DNA of 64,000 nucleotides from an uncultured Nitrospina sp. (GTDB taxonomy: Bacteria > Nitrospinota > Nitrospinia > Nitrospinales > VA-1), in assembly GCA_913045445.1 (NCBI GenBank), contig CAJWQP010000002.1, forward strand, positions 5,184 to 69,183, given 5' to 3'. This document shows positions 52,238 to 60,021 of this stretch, one piece after another (the first letter of the stretch is position 1; every line of letters starts with the position of its first letter). A model generated the notes under the pieces. The model saw only the letters and a list, made by a program, of their open reading frames with translations, had not been told where the DNA came from and did no database searches. A program made the translations under genes and the position numbers.

Positions 52238-54819
52238 GCACTGTCGTAAGGAAGACTGTTAACTTTAAGATCAACGGTAAAGACGCTTCCGCACCGGAAG
52301 GTACCGTAATAATAGAAGCCGCGAAACAACACGGTGTTGAGGTCACCAACCTCTGCTATAACAGGAAACTCAAACCTTTCGCCGCTTGCCGTACCTGCAT
52401 GGTGGACGTCCGCTCGGCGGATGGGAAAAAGGAACTGGTTTATTCCTGCACCCATCCTGTGGCAGAGGGCATAGAAGTTTTTACCGACACTGAAGAAACG
52501 GACCGCTATAACGGCGCTTGTCTGGAGATGCTTCTGGTAGAACATCCGCTGGACTGCCCTATCTGCGACAAATCCGGGGTATGTCCACTACAGGACAACA
52601 CGGAAGCTTTGCAAATGTCCAATGGACGGTTTGAAATTCAGCGTCGCAATGAACCCAGTGACAAATCGAATCCACTCATAGAATTTTATCTCAACCGATG
52701 TATCTTGTGCGGCCTGTGCGTCAGAGCCTGTGACGAAATTCAGGGTGTTCAAGCATTGGACTTCCATCAGAGAGGTATGAAGTCCATGATCGGCACCGCT
52801 AATCAGGAACCACTGGACTGTGAGTTCTGCGGAAACTGCATCACAGTGTGCCCGACCGGTGCGCTAATGGACATGTCTTCTCAGGAACGTGGCCTGGCCG
52901 CATTATTTAAAACGAACAATAGCATCTGCGGATACTGTTCCTGGGGCTGTACGGTCCAAATGGAAAGCAAGAAAAATAAAGTGACCCGGTTTGTTGGCGA
53001 TGAAACGCCAGGTGAAGGCATCAACGAAGGAAACCTGTGCTCCAAGGGACGCTTTGGTCACGGTATCATTCATAATGAAAATCGTATAAAGTCGCCCCTC
53101 ATAAATTTCGGCGGAACTTTCAAGGAAGTCAGTTGGGACGAAGCAATTAAGACTATCATCGATCGGGTTCAGGCAACGATCAATCGCAACGGGCCTGAAA
53201 CGGTTGTCGGTATTGGCGGTGAAAAACTGACCAATGAAGAAAATTTCCTGTTCCAGAAACTGTTCCGTGAACTCTACGGCTCCAATCAGGTCACCAATCT
53301 GGCTAACATGAGAGCGCCCTACGTGAACCAGTTCATGGTCCGGTGTTTTGAAAACGGTATCAACTCGAAACCGGTGACGGAACTGGAAAACTCGGATGTC
53401 GTTCTTGTTTTCAATTCCGACCTGCCATCTGAGTACCCGGTAGGCGGCAACTCTGTTCGTAAAGGAACGATATTCTCTGGAACGGATGTCATTATCGCCA
53501 ATCCGCGCAAGGTCGTTTTCAAAAGCGAAAGTAATATAGATATCCGCCTGAATTATTCGCTGGGTTCGGATATGACTGTAGCCAATCGTATCGCCCGCAT
53601 CCTTATAGATGAGGGCATCGTGAACACTGCGAATGTTAAATTGGCTGTTCCAAATTACGATGAACTGATTCAGTCTCTCGCCCCATACACAGCGGAAGCC
53701 GCACAACAAGCGACCGGACTCTCGGATGAAGTTCTAACGCGAGCGGCAAAAAGGTTTGGGCGCACCGCTGACAGATATATCCTTATCGGCAATGACATTT
53801 TCGATTCGGGGCAAGGTGAAGATGTCTTGAACGCCCTGCTTAATTTATCTATTCTAGTTCATCATGGCGCGGAAGGCAGTGTCAGCATCTTCCCTCCAAG
53901 AGAACATTGCAACTCTCAGGGTGTTAATGATATGGGGTGTACTCCTGACTTTTTGCCTGGATACCAACCCGTTCCAGATCATTTTGGAACAAACAATCCA
54001 GCGGGTGACCTGCTTGAAAATTGCACTAATGGGACCATAAAGTTCCTGCACATCGCGGGAGAAGACCCCGTCCACTCCTACTACAAAGGGGAGAAGATTA
54101 AAAATGCGCTTAACACCGTTCCCTTTCTGGTAGTACAAGATGTCTACATGACGGACACCGCTAAAATGGCGGACGTTATTCTTCCAGCAACAACGTATGC
54201 CGAGAAGGAAGGCTCATTCACGAATATGACCCGTCATGTTCAAAAGGTGACTCCGGCAACATTGCCGCAAGGTCAATCCCGCACGGATCACGATATTTTC
54301 ACTCAACTGGCAAACGTTTTTGGAAAACCATTTCCCAACTCCGCCGTTTCAGATGTGCAAGATGAAATTTCAAAAACTGTTCCGATCTACAATGGCACAC
54401 TTCCTGGATCTAAGTCCGTGCAGTGGGCTCCTGATGGATTCAAACAAAATCCTGGTTTTCGGGTTACCGAGGCGCGACAGGAAACCAGTCAGAAGGAGGG
54501 GTTTGCTTTTAAACTCGTTTCCAACAACCATATGTTCCATATTGGCAGTTACACACAATATGCCAAGGCTCTGACAGATATCGGGCCAGACTGTGTAGCA
54601 GAATTGAATCCGGAAGACGCGCGAGCTTTAGGTATCGGTGACGGCGACAGAATTATGATTGAATCGGACATGCACAGGGTAGAGGTTCCTGTAATATTGA
54701 GCACGGTCACAGCCAAAGGCACGGTTTATGTTCCTAAAAACTGGGTAGCGGTTCAACTCAACTTGTTAAGGAATGGAGAGGAAGGCCCCGTTTCCATCAA
54801 AATATCCAAGTTAGGCTGA
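52234..54819 (+). CDS. nuoG: NADH-quinone oxidoreductase subunit G-like protein (Fe-S N-terminus + molybdopterin-oxidoreductase-like fold)
   Basis: 2Fe-2S (CYNRKLKPFAACRTCMV), HPLDCPICDKSGVCPLQ, CILCGLCVRAC, CEFCGNCITVCP, then CGYCSWGC. It has a C-terminal beta-barrel-type domain. There is no in-frame TGA. Its start overlaps the nuoE stop (ATGA). Confidence 0.8.
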   Translation: MSTVVRKTVNFKINGKDASAPEGTVIIEAAKQHGVEVTNLCYNRKLKPFAACRTCMVDVRSADGKKELVYSCTHPVAEGIEVFTDTEETDRYNGACLEMLLVEHPLDCPICDKSGVCPLQDNTEALQMSNGRFEIQRRNEPSDKSNPLIEFYLNRCILCGLCVRACDEIQGVQALDFHQRGMKSMIGTANQEPLDCEFCGNCITVCPTGALMDMSSQERGLAALFKTNNSICGYCSWGCTVQMESKKNKVTRFVGDETPGEGINEGNLCSKGRFGHGIIHNENRIKSPLINFGGTFKEVSWDEAIKTIIDRVQATINRNGPETVVGIGGEKLTNEENFLFQKLFRELYGSNQVTNLANMRAPYVNQFMVRCFENGINSKPVTELENSDVVLVFNSDLPSEYPVGGNSVRKGTIFSGTDVIIANPRKVVFKSESNIDIRLNYSLGSDMTVANRIARILIDEGIVNTANVKLAVPNYDELIQSLAPYTAEAAQQATGLSDEVLTRAAKRFGRTADRYILIGNDIFDSGQGEDVLNALLNLSILVHHGAEGSVSIFPPREHCNSQGVNDMGCTPDFLPGYQPVPDHFGTNNPAGDLLENCTNGTIKFLHIAGEDPVHSYYKGEKIKNALNTVPFLVVQDVYMTDTAKMADVILPATTYAEKEGSFTNMTRHVQKVTPATLPQGQSRTDHDIFTQLANVFGKPFPNSAVSDVQDEISKTVPIYNGTLPGSKSVQWAPDGFKQNPGFRVTEARQETSQKEGFAFKLVSNNHMFHIGSYTQYAKALTDIGPDCVAELNPEDARALGIGDGDRIMIESDMHRVEVPVILSTVTAKGTVYVPKNWVAVQLNLLRNGEEGPVSIKISKLG

Positions 54820-54860
54820 TTCATTTTTTTAACGCAAACTAATTTAATCACAGACAAACT

Positions 54861-56051
54861 ATGGTCGACTTAAAAGAAAATCTACACACTGATCACATGG
54901 TCCTGAATATGGGACCATCGCACCCGGCAACACACGGTACCGTAAAGTTCCTCCTGACGCTGGATGGCGAAACCGTAGTCGATATGGTTGTAGAAGTAGG
55001 TTACCTGCATCGCGGATTTGAAAAAATGTGCGAAAGCGTTACCTACTCCAACGTCTTTCCCTATACAGACCGTTTGAATTACTGCTCATCAATCATGAAC
55101 AATATCGGCTATGCGCTGGCGGTGGAGAAACTTTGCGACATCAAAACCACCGAGCGTTGTGATTACATTCGCGTGGTAACTAACGAACTCGCCCGCATCT
55201 CAGATCACTATACAAATATCGCGGCGGCGGCTTTGGAACTGGGAGCGTTAACAGCCTTCATCTATTTTGTTGAAGCACGGGAAATTGTTTGGGACCTTCT
55301 TGAAAAAGTTTGCGGAGCAAGACTGACATCTAACTACATCCGCATTGGCGGGTTGATGTGTGACCTTCCACCAGGGTTCAACGATGACCTGGAAGCCACC
55401 TATCCAAAACTTGACAGTCTTTTTGACGATGTGGACAAGTTGCTCACCAAAAACCGCATCTTCCTCGACCGTATGCGTGACACAGGATGCATCTCCAAGG
55501 AAAGTGCGATCTCCTGGGGCTTTACTGGGCCATGCCTCCGGGCCTGTGGCGTAGACTACGATGTCCGTAAACAACACCCCTATCTGGCATACGACAAACT
55601 GGATTTTGATATTCCCCTGGGTACAACGGGTGATAATTTTGACCGCTATCTGGTCAGGATGGAGGAGATTAAACAGAGTCTGAAAATCATCAAGCAAGCG
55701 ATGAAAGATATGCCGGAAGGACCGATCAATGTCGACAACCCTTACCTCAGGGTTCCTTCCAAGCAGGATGTCTATACGCGAATGGAAGAAATGATCGCCC
55801 ACTTCAAAATGGTCATCGACGGCCTGAAGCCTCCTGTTGGTGAGGTGTATTATCCTACTGAAGCGGCAAATGGCGAGTTGGGATTTTATATTGTCAGCGA
55901 TGGAGCCGGCAAGCCATGGAAATGCCGTGTCAGACCTCCCTGCTTTACGATGACGGCCGCGTTACCAGAAATCTGCAAAGGTAATATGCTGGCTGATATC
56001 GTTCCTACCTTCGATATGATCAATATGATCGGCGGCGAGTGCGATAGATAA
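54861..56051 (+). CDS. nuoD: NADH-quinone oxidoreductase subunit D (49-kDa subunit)
   Basis: Collinear by eye with Thermus Nqo4 over the full length (NMGPSHPATHG, GYLHRGFEK, NYIRIGG, ANGELGFYIVSDG, ...GECDR). Confidence 0.9.
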   Translation: MVDLKENLHTDHMVLNMGPSHPATHGTVKFLLTLDGETVVDMVVEVGYLHRGFEKMCESVTYSNVFPYTDRLNYCSSIMNNIGYALAVEKLCDIKTTERCDYIRVVTNELARISDHYTNIAAAALELGALTAFIYFVEAREIVWDLLEKVCGARLTSNYIRIGGLMCDLPPGFNDDLEATYPKLDSLFDDVDKLLTKNRIFLDRMRDTGCISKESAISWGFTGPCLRACGVDYDVRKQHPYLAYDKLDFDIPLGTTGDNFDRYLVRMEEIKQSLKIIKQAMKDMPEGPINVDNPYLRVPSKQDVYTRMEEMIAHFKMVIDGLKPPVGEVYYPTEAANGELGFYIVSDGAGKPWKCRVRPPCFTMTAALPEICKGNMLADIVPTFDMINMIGGECDR

Positions 56052-56201
56052 AGTTGCACTCAGCACCTTACCCGACTACGACACATTATCCTGCTTCCAG
56101 TTTTCGCCAGCCCCGAACGAAGACCTGTGCTATAGTCCATAAATCAATCAGGACAAATTTTGAGTTCTGCATAAAATCCGGTTCCTGAATCCCTGAGTAA
56201 A

Positions 56202-57200
56202 ATGCCTAAGCTTATTAAACTGATTTTTCTATTGGTCGGTATTTCACTTTTTTGCTGGGCTGTGTCATCCGTCGACTTGACCGTGGTTGCAAGCCTGATC
56301 GTTAAGTTGGGGTTTGGCTTCTTATTCATTATTCTCATATACACATGCGTCACATGGCTCGACACGGTCGCCTGGCAAAAAACCTTCCTATCGGATGAAG
56401 CTCGTCAATTCAGTCTTTGGGATTTGTGGTGTGTTCGGCAGGTAGGCGAAGCTTACAACGTCATCACTCCGCTTGGAACTCTTGGAGGAGAACCGGTTAA
56501 AGCCCAGCTGTTAAAAGAAAGACATGGGCTCTCGCTAAAGCAGGGAATGGTGTCCCAAGTGATAGCGCGCACCACATTTCTCATGGCTCTTATCCTGTTC
56601 TTTATCCCGGGAACTTTCTTCACTCTTCAGTCCAGCATCGTATCCGAAAAGTTTCAAATGGCTTGCCTGGCTGGTATGGTGGTCTTCTCTACAGTAATTT
56701 TTCTATTTCTCTTTTTCCAGATCACGGGAACTCTTGGACGACTGGCAACATGGTTTTCGCGCTTGCCTGTGAGTGAAAAAAAGACCCTATTCCTTGATAA
56801 ACTAAAAATAGTCGATCAAGGTATTTCTTCCTATTATAAGAAACACACGTCAAGAACGATTACGTCAACACTATACGCATTTGCCGGATGGGCCGTTGGA
56901 CTGGGAGAGCTATATGTGACATTATATTTTCTTGGATATGAACCGACCCTGATCGATTTATGGGTCATCGAAGCCTTGGCTCAACTGGTGCGTGTGGGAA
57001 GTTTTTTCATTCCGCTGAGTATTGGAGCGCAGGAGGGAGGGCTCATCCTCATTTTCACTGCTATGGGAATGCCGGCAGACCTTGGATTGACTGTTTCATT
57101 CGTCCGGCGCATTAAAGAACTACTATGGGTCGGGGTGGGACTTGCTATCGGCTGGGTTCTAGCTTTTCATCCGGTACAAACTCAAACGGAAGAGAATTAA
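56202..57200 (+). CDS. flippase-like / lysylphosphatidylglycerol-synthase-TM-region family membrane protein (UPF0104)
   Basis: 332 aa with about 8 TM segments. The N-terminal pattern KLIFLLVGISLFCWAV...VDL and the conserved charged loops are typical of TIGR00374-type proteins. Tentative. Confidence 0.6.
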   Translation: MPKLIKLIFLLVGISLFCWAVSSVDLTVVASLIVKLGFGFLFIILIYTCVTWLDTVAWQKTFLSDEARQFSLWDLWCVRQVGEAYNVITPLGTLGGEPVKAQLLKERHGLSLKQGMVSQVIARTTFLMALILFFIPGTFFTLQSSIVSEKFQMACLAGMVVFSTVIFLFLFFQITGTLGRLATWFSRLPVSEKKTLFLDKLKIVDQGISSYYKKHTSRTITSTLYAFAGWAVGLGELYVTLYFLGYEPTLIDLWVIEALAQLVRVGSFFIPLSIGAQEGGLILIFTAMGMPADLGLTVSFVRRIKELLWVGVGLAIGWVLAFHPVQTQTEEN

Positions 57201-57244
57201 AAAAACCGCTCTGCCGATGATTTCTCATCTGTCACAAAGCGGTT
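57197..57244 (-). terminator. rho-independent terminator of tatA (between convergent genes)
   Basis: A 7-bp stem aaccgct/agcggtt with an inner gatga/tcatc helix, followed by T7 on the minus strand (the A7 at 57198-57204 on plus). Confidence 0.45.
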
Positions 57245-57271
57245 CTAAATTGCATAACAATTCTTTAATTT

Positions 57272-57697
57272 TTAGAATACGTCGCGGCTAATTCCTTTTT
57301 CCCTTCCCCTTCCACCGGGAGTTCTTCTCAGTGAATTGGTGAACACATCATTTTGCTGGACCAGTCCATCGTGAGCAGATCTTATAGGATCGATCCTGTT
57401 CTTCAAAATTTCATCGGCCACTTCATCAATCATTTCCGCTTCTTTTTTTGCGGCGGCCTCTTCCGGCGTCAACACTTTCTTGGCCCCCTCTTCTGCCGTT
57501 TCTGCGGCTGACAAAGTTGCCTCGCTTTCTGATGCGCCAGAGTCAATTTCCTCGGCTTCAGCGTCTTTCATAGACTTCTTAAAATTCTTGATACTTCGTC
57601 CGAAAGCAGATCCAATTTCCGGAAGCTTTCCGGCGCCAAAAATTATCATGATGATAACTAGTATTATCATCAACTCTGGAAAACCAATGCCCATCAT
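57272..57697 (-). CDS. tatA: twin-arginine translocase TatA/E-family protein with a long C-terminal extension
   Basis: [40 protein letters not shown] is the canonical TatA TM plus amphipathic helix. The total of 141 aa is long for TatA. Confidence 0.8.
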   Translation of the reverse strand: MMGIGFPELMIILVIIMIIFGAGKLPEIGSAFGRSIKNFKKSMKDAEAEEIDSGASESEATLSAAETAEEGAKKVLTPEEAAAKKEAEMIDEVADEILKNRIDPIRSAHDGLVQQNDVFTNSLRRTPGGRGREKGISRDVF

Positions 57698-57811
57698 AAG
57701 AACACTCTCCTGAATGAAGTTGCAGTGTCTTAAATACTATCAGATAAGCGTCAAAAAGCCAAAAGATTCCTGCTTTTTAACGCTCATCCGACCGTAAACA
57801 GGTTGCTCGTC

Positions 57812-58273
57812 TCAAAAATTATTGAAATCACCTGTAAACATACCTGAAGGACTTGCATAAAAAACCTCATTTCCGTTCACACTATCCTCAGAAACGTCCT
57901 TATACATAATGTCCCAGGTTCCATCTTCGTCCACATCATAGGAGTAAAACAGCGGTTGTCCCGTAACCACATAATAAAACCATTGCTGTCCATAAGGCAC
58001 AAAGAAAATTGAATGATTTGGAAAACCACCCCCAACTTCCACAACGGTTTGGTCTGAGTAAAAGGACTCAACCACCACTCGCATGGTATGAAAATCAGCC
58101 ATCCCATTAAAATCCAGGTCGTAACTGATGCTCAACATTCCATTGGGCGAAACATCCCAGTTCATCTGCGAAGCCACAGGAGGCTCTGCAACAAGGTATG
58201 GGCTACCCCAGGCAGATGGAGTCAAAAACATTACAAATATTACAATGGTAAAAAATGTATGGAAGTATTTCAT
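57812..58273 (-). CDS. hypothetical secreted protein
   Basis: The ATG at 58273 with an aaggagg SD is preferred. It has a signal peptide (FVMFLTPSAWG-SP). No domain was recognised. Confidence 0.45.
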   Translation of the reverse strand: MKYFHTFFTIVIFVMFLTPSAWGSPYLVAEPPVASQMNWDVSPNGMLSISYDLDFNGMADFHTMRVVVESFYSDQTVVEVGGGFPNHSIFFVPYGQQWFYYVVTGQPLFYSYDVDEDGTWDIMYKDVSEDSVNGNEVFYASPSGMFTGDFNNF

Positions 58274-58522
58274 TGCGCTCACCTCCTTAGTCAGTCAGAG
58301 GCGGCACATCTACCCATGGAAAATGTTCGGCAAGGTCGATCCTCCAGGGTCGATGTACTCGCCCGGTCTCTCAAAAGTTACCGACACATCCATGGAACTC
58401 ACACTCCTTTCGATTAATGTTCCATCAAAAAAGCCTGACACTCGAATCGAATGACAGGCTGATACTCTTTGAAAATTTATTTAAACTCTTTAATTTCTTC
58501 TATAATAGCAGCCCTCATCCAA

Positions 58523-58569
58523 CTCTAATTATTTACCCTCTCTAATTATCTACCCTCTCATTTATTTAG
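58523..58569. repeat. 17-nt tandem direct repeat (2 full copies + 1 degenerate) with a nearby inverted 9-mer
   Basis: CTCTAATTATTTACCCT / CTCTAATTATCTACCCT / CTCATTTATTTAG. AGGGTAGAT at 58583-58591 is the reverse complement of ATCTACCCT at 58548-58556. Confidence 0.5.
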
Positions 58570-58786
58570 ATGATTCTGTGAAAGGGTAGATTTAAAAATC
58601 GGAGCTAAATCGGTCCCAAAACCAGATATTAATTATATTTTTCAATAAGTTAGAAAAAAAAGGGCCCGGCAAAAAACTGGTCCCCATCCAATTCGGTAAA
58701 TTTCACGCCTCTTGAGGGCGTCACCGAACTATCTGAAAACTCAAGGACTCCTCAAACTAAGATTTCCCTGGTTTTCAGAGACTCCT

Positions 58787-59146
58787 TTAATGTCCGATAT
58801 GCGCGTGCAAAATAGGTGATTCCAAAATTTTCTTATTCCCGCCAGCTCTCTTAAAAGCGGCCTTGAAATGCATGGTGGCATCCCCATGTTTTCCCACTTT
58901 ATCGTTGGCAATCGCTTCGTTGAAATGAACCTCTCCCGAAGAAGCGTCAATTCCAGAAGCCTCTTGAAAGTGTTTCAAAGCCACATCATAATGGCCTTGA
59001 TTCCAATGTTTGATGCCTTCATCATTATGCATATTGGCTTCAGGATTAGCTCCAGCGGGCAAAGCCAAAGGACCTTCGCCAGCGAAAGCCGTTACAGGAA
59101 TCAAAAATAACGATAATACTATCAGAATGGAAAAAACTTTTTTCAT
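58787..59146 (-). CDS. hypothetical periplasmic His-rich protein (TPR-like helices)
   Basis: The ATG at 59146 (MKKVFSILIV..TAFA signal) is preferred over the TTG at 59191. There are many His residues, including the C-terminal HAHIGH. Confidence 0.45.
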   Translation of the reverse strand: MKKVFSILIVLSLFLIPVTAFAGEGPLALPAGANPEANMHNDEGIKHWNQGHYDVALKHFQEASGIDASSGEVHFNEAIANDKVGKHGDATMHFKAAFKRAGGNKKILESPILHAHIGH

Positions 59147-59359
59147 AACGTCATCCCCTAATCTCAGTTGAACATAAGCCCTAAATTTCAAGCTATAGCC
59201 CTCAATGTATCATTTATCTTATTTATTTAAAACCCAATTTTAGAAAGTTGCCGTTATTCGCCGGGGTAATGATTGACCCTTTTTTCAGGAAGGTTTATCA
59301 TGTAACCCACTGAACAAAGTGAAGCCTCTATTTATATATTAAGTTGAATTTAAAGGATT

Positions 59360-59845
59360 ATGAGCCACAACGAAAAACCGGACATCGAAAAACTGGTTGA
59401 GAAAAATTTGAACGGCGGCGGGTCGCTTGACCTGGAAAACAGAGAATTGGGCGATGAAGGGACAGTTCGACTTTCCAATTTGGAAGTTTTATCAAAGGTC
59501 ACAACCCTGGCGCTGGGTGACAACGAAATAAGCGATAGAGGCGTAGCGGCTTTATGTGATTCACAATACCTGTCACAACTCCAGGTGTTGAATTTAAAAT
59601 CAAATAAAATAACAGCGGAAGGCGCGAGGCTTCTTGCTCAATCGGCAAACTGGTCTAATCTGGACCAGCTGGTTTTAAAGTTTAATGAAATTGGTGAAGA
59701 AGGGGCAAAGCACATTGCAAAATCGGAGACCCTCACTAATGTAACAACCCTGGACCTGTTTAGAAATCATATCGGAGCCGAAGGCGCACGAGCCATTAAT
59801 ACTTCACCGCAATTTAAAAAACTCAGCCGGGTTCGTCTGGATTGA
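59360..59845 (+). CDS. leucine-rich-repeat protein (ribonuclease-inhibitor-type LRR)
   Basis: Repeats of about 28 aa, such as LxxLxLxxNxIxxxGaxxLa (LALGDNEISDRGVAAL, LNLKSNKITAEGARLL, LVLKFNEIGEEGAKHI, LDLFRNHIGAEGARAI). Confidence 0.7.
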   Translation: MSHNEKPDIEKLVEKNLNGGGSLDLENRELGDEGTVRLSNLEVLSKVTTLALGDNEISDRGVAALCDSQYLSQLQVLNLKSNKITAEGARLLAQSANWSNLDQLVLKFNEIGEEGAKHIAKSETLTNVTTLDLFRNHIGAEGARAINTSPQFKKLSRVRLD

Positions 59846-60021
59846 TCTTCGCTCTATGCATTGACGTTTCCTACCGATCAGTTTTTCTATAAATAAAATC
59901 GGAAAGAGCAGACTCGTTTTAAAGAGCTTCGGAATCAGATTGATCCGGACCGCACGGACATAATCACCTGGGTCGACCTCATAGAACTGGACGAAAATCG
60001 AATGCCGCTCAAAGCGCAATC

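Noticed and set aside
52903-53709. 268-aa ORF antisense to nuoG. Similar long antisense ORFs occur at 47194-48072 (292 aa, antisense to the rSAM gene), 55248-55802 (antisense to nuoD) and 30062-30607 (antisense to btuF).
   Set aside because: These are shadow ORFs fully contained in genes with strong family motifs on the other strand. No motifs or RBS were found.
52234-54819. NuoG-like protein as a selenocysteine or Mo-dependent formate dehydrogenase
   Set aside because: There is no in-frame TGA. By eye, the segment corresponding to the FDH Mo-ligand region (..ANMRAPYVNQF..) lacks Cys/Sec. The context with nuoE and nuoD favours NuoG. This needs alignment to be certain.
58523-58569. Possibility that the tandem repeats are a CRISPR array
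   Set aside because: The repeats are 17 nt and directly abutting with no spacers. There are only 2-3 copies and no cas genes in the window.
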